From a virus (taxonomy: Duplodnaviria > Caudoviricetes), in the IMG/VR virus record IMGVR_UViG_3300050132_000130, positions 1 to 51,174 of that record: a stretch of 51,174 bases of DNA; one strand, given 5' to 3'. Positions 7,584 to 16,699 of the stretch are shown in pieces (position 1 is the first letter of the stretch; each line of letters begins with the position of its first letter). Below the pieces are notes generated by a model that was given only the letters and a program-made list of their open reading frames with translations, was not told where the DNA came from and searched no databases. A program made the position numbers and the translations under genes.

Positions 7584-9034
7584 GCAAACAACTTCCTCCT
7601 GCTCATAGCGATCCCATAATTAGGCTTCCGCTTCTCCCTCGCCGCCAACCTGATCTCGGCCCAGACCGTCGGGCTTTTATACCCACGCTTAACCGCCAAC
7701 CGCTCCCAATCCTCGCGCGTCCGACAATTTCTCTCCTCGACAACATCCATCGGAACGCTGATGCCCTCGCCTGAAAAACCGCCGCGTTTTAACTGAGTGA
7801 GTTCGCCGTCAACGGTTTCGATCTCACGCGGCTTGACTGGATACACATGGCCGCAGTACGCGCAGACTGGCGCCGGGCGGTGTGACAGGTAGCATTTCGG
7901 GCATTGGCGGATTTTGAGTTCGGCCTCGGACTGTTGTTTGGCGGTGCGACGTTTCTGGTCGGCAAGTGTCCATGCGTGGTCGTCGTCGGGAAAACCCAAG
8001 CGCTTATGATTCCCTGAATGGTCAAAAATAAATGCGGGATAATCCTTATATCTCATCGCCCGCCCACAAATCTGCCTCCACAATGCGTCCGATTGCGTGG
8101 GGCGCGCGACGGATATGCTCTCGATCGTTACGTCCATCCCGGCTGCGCTGGCGACATCGAAACCAAAAGTAAGCAACTCACAATTACAAACATTCAATAT
8201 CTCACGACGCGCCAATGAAAGAAATATCTTCCTGCGTTCGTCGTGCGGTGTATTTCCGTCAACGTAAGCCGACGGTATTCCAATACCGAGAAATGACTGG
8301 TTCAGCATTCTGGCGTGATCTCGGCTCGTGGCGAACGTGATGTTCAATTTGCCGAGCGCGTGTTGTTTGTAATGCGCCGCCACGTTGCCGACGAGGATTC
8401 TATCGTTCTCCATCCGCTCGGCAAGCTGCCCACGGTTATAATCGCCAGCCGTGGTTTTGATGCCGGACAGGTCGGGGCTATCAACGCCGAATATGAGGTA
8501 GTCGGACAGGCGTTTGTTCTTAATGAGCCATGCGACGGGTTTCCCCTGCACCATTGAGTCGTACCAACAGCCGAGTCCCTTGCCGGAAGTTTTGCAAGGT
8601 GTGGCCGATGCGCCGATGATATAGGTGCCTTTGGACTTGTAGTGCTGAATTATTTTGTCGAGCGCCGTGCTGCCGTAGTGCGTTTCATCTATTGCGAGGA
8701 AATCCACATCCGGCGCATCATCAAGGCGATTAACCAGCGTTCCAGACGTGGCGATAAACGACGGCGCGGCTGGATCATATTTATGCCCCGCCGACACAAA
8801 GGAATGTTTGAGTCCGAACTCTGTGAAGGTGTTGGACGTTTGCGACAAAAGTTCCTGACGCGGGACTACCATCATCGACCGGCGTTTTTTTATAGCTGCG
8901 GCCTCAAACATATAGGCGATGACGACGGTTTTCCCCGCACCTGTCGCCGCTTGCATGAGAACGGATTTGTTCGTGCGTAGGGCGTTTCGAGTGTTGTCAA
9001 CCAACTCGACCTGATCGGGGTAGAGGGTTATCAT
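7580..9034 (-). CDS. SF2 DEAD/DEAH-box helicase with C-terminal zinc ribbon
   Basis: ATGAGKT (Walker A), IDETH, SAT, QICGRAMR, CPKC/CAYC; likely start MITLYPDQ at 9034. Confidence 0.9.
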   Translation of the reverse strand: MITLYPDQVELVDNTRNALRTNKSVLMQAATGAGKTVVIAYMFEAAAIKKRRSMMVVPRQELLSQTSNTFTEFGLKHSFVSAGHKYDPAAPSFIATSGTLVNRLDDAPDVDFLAIDETHYGSTALDKIIQHYKSKGTYIIGASATPCKTSGKGLGCWYDSMVQGKPVAWLIKNKRLSDYLIFGVDSPDLSGIKTTAGDYNRGQLAERMENDRILVGNVAAHYKQHALGKLNITFATSRDHARMLNQSFLGIGIPSAYVDGNTPHDERRKIFLSLARREILNVCNCELLTFGFDVASAAGMDVTIESISVARPTQSDALWRQICGRAMRYKDYPAFIFDHSGNHKRLGFPDDDHAWTLADQKRRTAKQQSEAELKIRQCPKCYLSHRPAPVCAYCGHVYPVKPREIETVDGELTQLKRGGFSGEGISVPMDVVEERNCRTREDWERLAVKRGYKSPTVWAEIRLAAREKRKPNYGIAMSRRKLFA

Positions 9035-9255
9035 TTTTTCCGCGCCGCCGGAGCCGTCACCAACCAATCATCGCGCGTGACGGCTCCCTTGGTGTATTCC
9101 TCTATAAGGGTCGAGGTCAGCAGGTCGGGACAGTTATCGCCTGACAGAACGCGGTGAATCGTACTCGGGAACTTCCCTAGTTCTCTTGCGAATATCGCTG
9201 ATTTTATCTTGTGCTTATCAAGATACTGTCTCAGCTTTACTGCCCCGACCAACAT
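9031..9255 (-). CDS. Cro/XRE-like helix-turn-helix regulator
   Basis: LRQYL...FARELGKFPSTIHRVLSG...P...IEEYTKGAVT-DW pattern of phage Cro-like proteins. Confidence 0.75.
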   Translation of the reverse strand: MLVGAVKLRQYLDKHKIKSAIFARELGKFPSTIHRVLSGDNCPDLLTSTLIEEYTKGAVTRDDWLVTAPAARKK

Positions 9256-9437
9256 TACGCTGCCGCCTTGTTGAGATCGAGGGTTAACAGCTTGGCCTTC
9301 TTCGCCCGCAGTTCCTTCATCACGGCCTGACGTGACTCTTGCAGCTTGGCGATCTCCGCGTCCAGATTGGCGACCTGCTTGGTTAGCGTGATCGCGTCAT
9401 GGCGCAGGGTTTCTTCTGGGGTCTGTTCGTGTGTCAT
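9255..9437 (-). CDS. Small coiled-coil hypothetical protein
   Basis: 60 aa, heptad pattern, GAGGAG RBS. Confidence 0.7.
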   Translation of the reverse strand: MTHEQTPEETLRHDAITLTKQVANLDAEIAKLQESRQAVMKELRAKKAKLLTLDLNKAAA

Positions 9438-9465
9438 GGTAGCTCCTCTGGTTACATTGGGAATC

Positions 9466-9538
9466 AGTATCTCATAAGCGGGTTCTTTTTGTCAATCAGC
9501 AAATTTGTCTTGACGCGACTCGGCGGGAGGGGTAGGAA
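9466..9538. promoter_or_regulatory. Divergent promoter pair
   Basis: + strand TTGACG(9510-9515)-17 nt-TAGGAA(9533-9538) with CGACTCG in the spacer; - strand TTGACA(9495-9490)-18 nt-GATACT; lies between divergent gene blocks. Confidence 0.55.
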
Positions 9539-9558
9539 TGGTGGCAGGGGAGAATCAC

Positions 9559-10674
9559 ATGACTGAACTGATAGTAATCGACCAACTCGATCCCGTAACG
9601 GTATATTCCGGCGGCCTCGACACCGTACTCGAACAACTCGCCAAAGAGTTGCGCGCTGATTTGCCTGACATCTCAACGGAAAAAGGCCGCACGGAGATAA
9701 AATCCCGCGCGTACAAGGCCAGTCGTTGCAAGACGAAGCTTGACGATCTCGCTGTATCGCTGACGGAAGAAGCGCGGATTAAGATCGCTGCGATTAACAA
9801 GGATCGGAAAAAATCCGCCGAGTTCCTGGACGCGCTAAGGGATGAGATCAGGAAGCCGGTCGATGATTTTGAGGACGCCGAGAAAAAGCGCGTTGCCGAT
9901 CACGAGGCTAAGTTGTTGGAGGTATCTGCTCTCACAACATTTTATCAATCGCCGCCATCTTCTGACGAGGTTCTTGATCGTATGGCTCAATTGGGAATGT
10001 TTGACCATTTGAAAATGGAGGAGTTTTGTTTCCGTGCTGAGAATCTAAAGAAAGAAGTCAATACGACACTAAACGCGATGTTGTTGTCAGCACAGAGTCG
10101 GGAGCGTGACGCAGCCGAACTCGCCAAACTTCGTATCGCGCAGGCTGCCCGTGACGCCGAGGATGCCGCCCGTAAGCTGGCCGAACGTGAGGCACAGATC
10201 GCCGCCGATGCCGCTGAGAAGGCGCGTAAGGATGCCGAGGCTGCGGCGGAACTGGCGGCGAAGGCGGCTGCCGACAAGGCGGCGAGTGAACTGGCAGCCC
10301 AGAAAGCTGCCGAACAGAAAGCCCGTGACGAGGCTGCTGCTGCTGAGGAACGCGCCAAGAAGGCCGAGGCCGACGCTCTGGCTGCGGCTGCACGAGCCGA
10401 GGCAGCACGAATCGCCGCCATTGAGCAGGCGCGGGTCGATCAGGAGGCTGCTGTCGAGGCAGAACGTAAACGCGCAGCGTATGCCAAGGCTGCCGATGAC
10501 GATGCTGCGGCGGCGAGAGAGGCGAACAAGAAGCATTGCGCGAAGATAAACGGCGAGGTGCTGGCATCGATACAGGCTGTATGCGATGCCGTTCCTGCTG
10601 GTGGCGATGCGGTCAAAGCCATCGTCATCGCCATTGTGTCGGGGAAGATTCCACATACGTCCATTAAATACTAG
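9559..10674 (+). CDS. Coiled-coil, Ala/Glu/Lys-rich phage protein
   Basis: Start MTELIV after GGGGAG; DISTEKGRTEIKS-A-K N-terminus and IPHTSIKY C-terminus resemble a family often found next to phage recombination genes. Confidence 0.8.
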   Translation: MTELIVIDQLDPVTVYSGGLDTVLEQLAKELRADLPDISTEKGRTEIKSRAYKASRCKTKLDDLAVSLTEEARIKIAAINKDRKKSAEFLDALRDEIRKPVDDFEDAEKKRVADHEAKLLEVSALTTFYQSPPSSDEVLDRMAQLGMFDHLKMEEFCFRAENLKKEVNTTLNAMLLSAQSRERDAAELAKLRIAQAARDAEDAARKLAEREAQIAADAAEKARKDAEAAAELAAKAAADKAASELAAQKAAEQKARDEAAAAEERAKKAEADALAAAARAEAARIAAIEQARVDQEAAVEAERKRAAYAKAADDDAAAAREANKKHCAKINGEVLASIQAVCDAVPAGGDAVKAIVIAIVSGKIPHTSIKY

Positions 10675-10682
10675 GAGTAGAT

Positions 10683-10859
10683 ATGCCAGACGCAAAACTA
10701 TTCGATTTCGCCGCCGAACTGAAACACGAAACCGAGAACGCATTTCTTGTGACAGACGGCGATAAAGATTATTGGCTTCCCAAAAGCATGACGGAAGATA
10801 ATGGGGATGGGACTTGGACGATTCCTGAATGGATTGCCATCGAGAAGGGCATTGTATGA
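10683..10859 (+). CDS. Small conserved phage protein (58 aa; not in ORF track)
   Basis: AGGAG RBS; MPDAKLFDF...HETENAFLV...WLPKS...IPEWIAIEKGIV; ATGA-coupled to the exonuclease. Confidence 0.75.
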   Translation: MPDAKLFDFAAELKHETENAFLVTDGDKDYWLPKSMTEDNGDGTWTIPEWIAIEKGIV

Positions 10860-11548
10860 CCGTAAAATACCACAACGACCTAGAACAAGGCTCTGACGCG
10901 TGGAGGGAGTGCAGGCGCGGACTGATAACCGCCTCAGAAATGAAACTCCTAATCTCCCATACGCTAAAACTAAACGCCACGGATAAGGAAAAAGCCCACG
11001 TCCTAGAACTAGCCGCCCAACGTGTCTCTGGCTTCGTCGAAGATTATTATGTCACCGACGACATGACCCGTGGCAATGCCGACGAAATAAGAGCCAAGGC
11101 AAAATACCAAGAGGTCTATAAAACGGAAATCACCGATGTCGGGTTCATCACCAACGACAAATTCGGTCTGACGATAGGTTACTCGCCGGACGGACTCATT
11201 GGCGGCGATGGGTGTGTCGAGTGCAAGTCGCGCCGCCAGAAATTCCAGATCGACACCATCGCCACATACCGAGTCCCTGACGCGCACATAATTCAGGTTC
11301 AAACTGGCCTGATGGTTTCGGAGCGTAAGTGGTGCGATTTTGTTTCATACTCCGGCGGTTGGCCGATGACGACGATCAGGGTTTATCCAGACCAGAAAAT
11401 ACAGGAAGCGATTTTCCAAGCCGCATATAAGTTCGAGAAGCGCATCAAAGAGGTTATCAAAAATTATGAGGAGCGCATTGCGCTGATGCCTAATGCGTTT
11501 ATACCAACCGAGAGAGTCATAGACACAGGGGAGATACAAGATGAGTGA
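10856..11548 (+). CDS. YqaJ/lambda-type exonuclease
   Basis: EQGSDAW-ECRRG-ITAS, YSPDGL, VECK, QVQ-L-V, WCDFVSY motifs. Confidence 0.9.
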   Translation: MTVKYHNDLEQGSDAWRECRRGLITASEMKLLISHTLKLNATDKEKAHVLELAAQRVSGFVEDYYVTDDMTRGNADEIRAKAKYQEVYKTEITDVGFITNDKFGLTIGYSPDGLIGGDGCVECKSRRQKFQIDTIATYRVPDAHIIQVQTGLMVSERKWCDFVSYSGGWPMTTIRVYPDQKIQEAIFQAAYKFEKRIKEVIKNYEERIALMPNAFIPTERVIDTGEIQDE

Positions 11549-11996
11549 TATGAATCACAGCGTTGCGCCGAAAACTGACCAAGTTTCGTACGATCATTTT
11601 ATTAGCGGCAAGTCCATCACGATCAAAATAACCGGAGTCGATTTTACTGCCGGTGAACAGCCCGTCGCATTGAAATTCGAGAACAGCAACGGCAAGGTGT
11701 TCCGGCCATGCAAGTCAATGCGCCGAGTTCTGATCGCGGCATGGGGCGACAAGGCATCGAATTATGTCGGGCGCAGCATGACTCTATACGGCGATCCGAC
11801 GGTTAGGTACGGCGCGCTGGAAGTCGGCGGGGTTCGCATAAGCCACCTGTCTCATATTGATAAAGAGTTGAAGGTGATCCTGACGGCGACGAAGGGGAAC
11901 AAGAAACCTTACACGGTCAAGCCGCTGGTGGTTACTGAGCAGCCAGCAGCAGTCGTCGAATCAAAAGAAACCCCGTCAGCCCAACCCAAAGACTGA
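11541..11996 (+). CDS. Hypothetical protein, possible ssDNA-binding/annealing partner of the exonuclease
   Basis: Coupled to the exonuclease; PCKSMRRVLIAAWG...GGVRISHLSHI; function inferred from context only. Confidence 0.6.
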   Translation: MSDMNHSVAPKTDQVSYDHFISGKSITIKITGVDFTAGEQPVALKFENSNGKVFRPCKSMRRVLIAAWGDKASNYVGRSMTLYGDPTVRYGALEVGGVRISHLSHIDKELKVILTATKGNKKPYTVKPLVVTEQPAAVVESKETPSAQPKD

Positions 11997-12001
11997 CGGG
12001 G
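11971..12001. terminator. Hairpin at junction of convergent transcription units
   Basis: ccccgtcag...ctgacgggg 9-bp inverted repeat. Confidence 0.45.
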
Positions 12002-12037
12002 ATACCGCAGCAAGGTGAGGAGACAACCTGCGCGATC

Positions 12038-12589
12038 TCAAGCGGCGAACTGACCGCCAGCATTAGAATATGCGTCCTTGACCTCGGCCATCGTGCGGAT
12101 TGTCTGACCGTATGGAGAACCCGGGAGCGACGCCCACCTATGTCCGGCTTTTGCCACAGCCGACTCGAACCGGCCAGCATCGATGTCGTCGAGCGCGTTG
12201 ACTTCGCGGAGTGAGTTCATCGCCCACTTGTCTTGATATGGCGGCGAGAAGTCCAATAGGCCAAGCTGCTCGATATAAGGCGTCCACTCACGGGATAATA
12301 TCTGATAGCGGCCACTACCGTCCGAGTAACGCCCGATACGTTGAATCCATACTGGACTATTCGGATGCTTGGCGTAGCTTTCAAACGTACCTCCTCCGCA
12401 GAGTGCGCGGTATCCGTTGTCGGAGTCGGGGATTTGAATGGTGCCTTCTGACCAGCCGATCATCGTGAGAAATGCGGCGCGGTTTTTCGCGCGGTTGACA
12501 TACGGTGATTGAGGCGCGGGAATCGGTAACGGCGTCGGTGGATCGGTGTGGAACATCTCGACGAGCGCCTTCATAATTTCAAGGAACAT
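12038..12589 (-). CDS. Endolysin, lambda R-type lytic transglycosylase
   Basis: AFL-MI-WSEGT, GY...F-SYAKHP, GRYQIL, DFSP-QD, WASLPGSPYGQ motifs. Confidence 0.9.
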   Translation of the reverse strand: MFLEIMKALVEMFHTDPPTPLPIPAPQSPYVNRAKNRAAFLTMIGWSEGTIQIPDSDNGYRALCGGGTFESYAKHPNSPVWIQRIGRYSDGSGRYQILSREWTPYIEQLGLLDFSPPYQDKWAMNSLREVNALDDIDAGRFESAVAKAGHRWASLPGSPYGQTIRTMAEVKDAYSNAGGQFAA

Positions 12590-12591
12590 TT

Positions 12592-12810
12592 TTATTCACT
12601 CAGATTATTCGTTGATGCAGGCGGCGCGGGCGGGTGCGGGTAATCTTCAGGAGCCGAATAAACCTTGATTCCCTTCGCGTCGGTATAAATCGCATACCCG
12701 GCCTTTATCGCCACCTTCTCAGCCCAGTTTGTGAATCCGGTATTCTCTAGGATGTAAATCGCTAGAGGAACACCGTATTTGAGCAGGAGGGCGGCGACAA
12801 AGGGGGGCAT
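12592..12810 (-). CDS. Small amphipathic protein in lysis cassette
   Basis: Start MPPFVAALLLKYG at 12810; between holin-like gene and endolysin. Confidence 0.55.
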   Translation of the reverse strand: MPPFVAALLLKYGVPLAIYILENTGFTNWAEKVAIKAGYAIYTDAKGIKVYSAPEDYPHPPAPPASTNNLSE

Positions 12811-12814
12811 GATA

Positions 12815-13246
12815 TTAGTTCGTTTCTGTCGAGGATGACGCAACACCAGCGGCAGGATCAACCGTCGCTGCGGCTTCTTCGGCCTTGGCGGTCAGGTTGG
12901 CTTCCAATGGTGCCTCAACCTTGGCTGCAACGGCGGCAACGACCGGGAGATTAGCCACGGCGCCTTCGATTGCCAGATTGATCTGGTTAAACGCAATCGG
13001 CAGTCCAGCAGCGGTAAGCTGCGAGACAACGCCAGCCTGAGCAACGGCGAACTTCTGAGCGCCGGTAGCCACACTGCCTGATTCGACACCAGCAATAACC
13101 GCAGTTTCAGCCGCAGCGACTTCCTGCGTGGCGATTGCCTGGACTTGCGGATTGCCAGCCAAAGCCGTCGCCGTGCCCTTCAAGAACGCCAAAGTCTCTG
13201 CTGGGATGCCCATAAAGAACGCCCCGATGTCTGTAAGAAAACTCAT
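12815..13246 (-). CDS. Putative holin-like protein (LL-H-family resemblance)
   Basis: GAQKFAVA...SQLTAAG...INLAIEGAV resembles the LL-H holin C-terminal pattern; GAGGAG RBS. Confidence 0.5.
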   Translation of the reverse strand: MSFLTDIGAFFMGIPAETLAFLKGTATALAGNPQVQAIATQEVAAAETAVIAGVESGSVATGAQKFAVAQAGVVSQLTAAGLPIAFNQINLAIEGAVANLPVVAAVAAKVEAPLEANLTAKAEEAAATVDPAAGVASSSTETN

Positions 13247-13297
13247 ATCATATCTCCTCGTCATGTTCGGGCTGAGAACCGCCGCCCGATACGCGGT

Positions 13298-13588
13298 TTA
13301 ATGTGATAGGGATGCAGCCATAGCCTTAACGGTGCCCCATGCAGTTATAACTCCGGTCAATATCGACAACAGGATCGTGGCCGTATGACTCATACTCGCC
13401 ATCGCCTTACGACCGCCTGCTTCCGATGCGTTGCTGATTTTCATCTCGCTGATGTCGGCTGCGATCTTCTCGACGGTGGACTGTGTTTTCTCGGTCGTTT
13501 GCTTCAGGTATCCGACATCGGCGCGAAGGGTGCCGAGAAGGATGAGAGGGTCGCGCTTGGAGTCTTGGTCGGATTGGAAGTCGTCCAT
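13298..13588 (-). CDS. Coiled-coil protein with C-terminal transmembrane helix (possible holin/lysis accessory)
   Basis: Heptad region then ATILLSILTGVITAWG. Confidence 0.55.
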   Translation of the reverse strand: MDDFQSDQDSKRDPLILLGTLRADVGYLKQTTEKTQSTVEKIAADISEMKISNASEAGGRKAMASMSHTATILLSILTGVITAWGTVKAMAASLSH

Positions 13589-13590
13589 GT

Positions 13591-13908
13591 TTATCCCGCT
13601 GTGATGTCTGGTGGAACTCCGTCCATTGACTCGGTGCAATGGTCGCCTTTGATGCGGATGATGTGGTTCTGAATGGCGGTCAGAATCTTGCAGACGAAAC
13701 AGCCCTGCCTATACATCCAGATTGGTTCGCCTTTAAGGTGTAAATCTCGCATCTCTGCCCACGCCTCAGAGCAGGTGTAATGAGGGTTAGACAATGCGGG
13801 AACATTCGTTTTTATCAGCATCGCCATGACACCGCCGATGAAAACATTTGCGGATATGTCAATCAGGATAAGGATATTCAGGAGATAGCGCCAGATGCTT
13901 ATCCGCAT
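13591..13908 (-). CDS. Hypothetical membrane protein
   Basis: N-terminal hydrophobic segment and C-terminal CFVCKIL...DHC. Confidence 0.65.
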   Translation of the reverse strand: MRISIWRYLLNILILIDISANVFIGGVMAMLIKTNVPALSNPHYTCSEAWAEMRDLHLKGEPIWMYRQGCFVCKILTAIQNHIIRIKGDHCTESMDGVPPDITAG

Positions 13909-13915
13909 TTTATCC

Positions 13916-14392
13916 TCACGCAATCGTTACAGAACTACTCGGCAAACTCGAATTAATCCCCATCGCATATTTCCGCACGCCGGATACAAACGCGGCCAGA
14001 TCGGTCGAAAACGCCTTGAACTGCGTGATGTTGAACGTGTGCAGCGCTAGGGAAGTGTCCGGCCATGCGAGTGATGTCGTGCCGTCGGCGAACGTCGCGT
14101 TCAGCATGATCGAGGTGATCTCGGCGTTGATGTTGGCGGTCGTGTTGGAATCGCAGGCGTAGGTGCCGTTGAGTGCTGGTGTGCCGGTCGAGGTTACGGT
14201 TAAGCCTGCGGAGAGGGCGGCGGCGGCGGCGGCGGGAACACCTGCTGCGGCAACGGCAGCGGCATAGCCTGAGAACGCGGCGGTCAGTTCTGTTGGTGTG
14301 GCGATTGCGGGGAATAAGACCTCGCCGGATTGTGCGACGTAGGACGAATCAACCATGCGAAAAGAAGTTCCATTATTTGAGTATGCGTACAT
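13916..14392 (-). CDS. Tail fibre assembly-like protein (DUF4376-like)
   Basis: Follows the tail fibre gene; STGTPALNGTY...WPD...F-ITQFKAF pattern. Confidence 0.6.
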   Translation of the reverse strand: MYAYSNNGTSFRMVDSSYVAQSGEVLFPAIATPTELTAAFSGYAAAVAAAGVPAAAAAALSAGLTVTSTGTPALNGTYACDSNTTANINAEITSIMLNATFADGTTSLAWPDTSLALHTFNITQFKAFSTDLAAFVSGVRKYAMGINSSLPSSSVTIA

Positions 14393-14401
14393 TTTGTCCT
14401 C

Positions 14402-15319
14402 TTAGAAGTTGTCGATGTAGCCGACGCAGGAAACATTGTTTGTACTTGCCCCGCTAGTTGAATAAGTTGCGTATATGTTGGTTGACTCCAACAGAATAGA
14501 ACACGGTATATTTAAGGCTGGTGAACCACCGCTAACTTCAACCAGATTGTTTGAGCTGTTTGAACCGACAGTAAGATTAGATGTTCCGGAAGATGGATCA
14601 TTATAGACCGTAACATTTATCATGGCCGCCGTCGGCGGGACAGCAGAACTAACTGAAACAGTATTTGTTGCTGCAGGTGCTTGGCTTATTAGGACAACTG
14701 GCGTCCCGGTATATTGAGTATTCCGGCCAGCCTGCACGAATCCATAAAGATATTTCGTGGACGCAGATGTATAAACAGTCCCAATCCTCGCAAAATAAGT
14801 GTACCCACTTGGCATCGTCGGTGCAGTAGCAGACAATGACATCAGGATGGACGTTCCAGACGTCCCGTAAATTGCAAAAACATTGTACCATGTTGATGCT
14901 GCGAGCGTTCCTGTATCGAGTCCACCCGCGCCGGATAGAGCCGTATTCAGCGTTTTACTGTATGCCGTCAACAGAAACGGCAGACCAGAACCGTTCCCCA
15001 ACATAACAGCATCAGCCGTCCATGTCGCCGTTGTATTCGATACCCAAACGCCTTTCAAATTCTTAAATCCACCCTGAGCCGGTGCCGAAAACAATCCCTG
15101 CAACGCCGTCAAAACCTGATTATGCGTCGTCTTACTCGGCGCAACCGATGCCGCCGTCAAAATCGAAATCAGTTCTTCCTGAATATCGTTGCACCAATCG
15201 TTATCAACGATCGTCGGCGTTCCTGATCCGGGCGTCGCGTTGGAGAAATACCCAGCGGTGCCAGCCGATGCTGGTGTTGGCAATGATGCGGCGGCGGTTA
15301 CGTTGTCAATTCTGTGCAT
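14402..15319 (-). CDS. Tail fibre protein (Mu-like N-terminal anchor)
   Basis: MHRID...GYF...DWCNDIQEEL...QVLTAL N-terminus; GGLDTG...TWY-V-AI...P-GY fibre motif. Confidence 0.85.
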   Translation of the reverse strand: MHRIDNVTAAASLPTPASAGTAGYFSNATPGSGTPTIVDNDWCNDIQEELISILTAASVAPSKTTHNQVLTALQGLFSAPAQGGFKNLKGVWVSNTTATWTADAVMLGNGSGLPFLLTAYSKTLNTALSGAGGLDTGTLAASTWYNVFAIYGTSGTSILMSLSATAPTMPSGYTYFARIGTVYTSASTKYLYGFVQAGRNTQYTGTPVVLISQAPAATNTVSVSSAVPPTAAMINVTVYNDPSSGTSNLTVGSNSSNNLVEVSGGSPALNIPCSILLESTNIYATYSTSGASTNNVSCVGYIDNF

Positions 15320-15354
15320 GATACCCTCTCTGTTAATCTGTATCTGATTCGCGG

Positions 15355-15960
15355 TTAAGTCGCAAACATTGGATAGCTGTGCGCGGGAGCGTACTGGTGA
15401 ATCACATATTCGAGTTCCGACGTGCCAATCAGCGTGAACAGCGCGTCATTTGCAGCCGAGAAATTCGTCTCAAAATACTGGACGCTGAGATTCGGAATCG
15501 TCACCGTCCAGCCGAACGCCCACGCTTGTCCGTATAAAATCCCGTTTGCCACCCCTACGTTCGCGCAAAACGGCGTATATTCCGTGATCGTCGCGCCCGT
15601 AAACCCCAAGGATTCGATAACCGACAGGAAATATGGCACCGACTGGCCGCCGTCGTTGGCGAATTTCTGTAAAACCTGCGCCTGCCGTTGCGGAATCGTC
15701 TGGACACCCGCGAACGGATTCGGCAAGCCGAGCGTCGCCTCCCATTCGGGGAGCAACTGCACAGGGTTTGACGGGAACGCATCGGCCAATAAATCCTGCA
15801 ATGATTGAGTTTGCCGTTCATACGTCGGCGCGAGACAGGCGATCGTTTGCGCGATAACCGAGTCCACATCACGCGGCCAGACCTTACCCGTTGGCATCAG
15901 CGAGAGGTATGCTGCGGTGAAATCAGCGGTGGAGAATAGGGGGGCTAGGGCTTGGGTCAT
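15355..15960 (-). CDS. Baseplate protein, Mu gp48/YmfQ (DUF2313)
   Basis: L-P-G-WP, LLPEWEATLGLP, GGQS-YF, LE...PAH motifs. Confidence 0.85.
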   Translation of the reverse strand: MTQALAPLFSTADFTAAYLSLMPTGKVWPRDVDSVIAQTIACLAPTYERQTQSLQDLLADAFPSNPVQLLPEWEATLGLPNPFAGVQTIPQRQAQVLQKFANDGGQSVPYFLSVIESLGFTGATITEYTPFCANVGVANGILYGQAWAFGWTVTIPNLSVQYFETNFSAANDALFTLIGTSELEYVIHQYAPAHSYPMFAT

Positions 15961-16694
15961 TTCCAGATTTTCCCGCTTCGGATAGACTTGACCGTTCCCT
16001 CACAAATACCGTATTCGGCTGCGATGATTCGTTTCTTTCTTTTATCAAGGCGAATGGCGTCAGCCTGAAGTCTGGTAAGTTTTGCCATTGGGTGCCCTTC
16101 CCCGCGCAGGTGCTGCCTAGAAATGACCCAACCTGCTTTTTGCTCAGGAGTCATCGGTTTCTGTGGTTTTCCGCGATGAGCAGCAGCTATTTTTTCCTTT
16201 GTTTCAGCAGAATGTGGTTGGTTCTTTCTCCCCAACAAAGACTGACGAATTTTCTCTCTTTGTTCTGGTGACTTTGGACTTGGCTTCCCCATATTTCCCA
16301 GAGATATTTTTCTCCTATGTTCTTCAGTAAGGGGGCGGCGCTTCTTGCCTTTCTGTGCAGCAGATATTTTCGCACGGTGTTCGGGGGAAAGTGTATTTCC
16401 AGGAGTTCCCTCGCCACCTTCTGTTGCGTTCACAACCTGAGAGCCATTCTTTGATCGCAACAACTTGATCCAAAACCTTTCTCTTTCTGCCCAATTATCT
16501 CCTGCCGTCTCCAAGAGGTACATCTTCGGCTTCATGCCGGAAGAAAGAAGGCTCCTAATCCATTTACCACGATAAGACATATCTCCGCGCTTAGCGTCAC
16601 GCACATGGATATACAAACGATTGGCCATCGGTCGTATCGTTTTACCAACATACCTACCCCTAGAAGTTCTGGGATCGATAAGAACATAGATCAT
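15957..16694 (-). CDS. Free-standing GIY-YIG homing endonuclease with NUMOD3-type repeats
   Basis: IYVLIDP...YVGKT, ERFWI, N-TEGGEG, repeated (S/T)-E-(R/K)-KI units; sits between baseplate genes. Confidence 0.85.
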   Translation of the reverse strand: MIYVLIDPRTSRGRYVGKTIRPMANRLYIHVRDAKRGDMSYRGKWIRSLLSSGMKPKMYLLETAGDNWAERERFWIKLLRSKNGSQVVNATEGGEGTPGNTLSPEHRAKISAAQKGKKRRPLTEEHRRKISLGNMGKPSPKSPEQREKIRQSLLGRKNQPHSAETKEKIAAAHRGKPQKPMTPEQKAGWVISRQHLRGEGHPMAKLTRLQADAIRLDKRKKRIIAAEYGICEGTVKSIRSGKIWK

Positions 16695-16699
16695 TGTTG

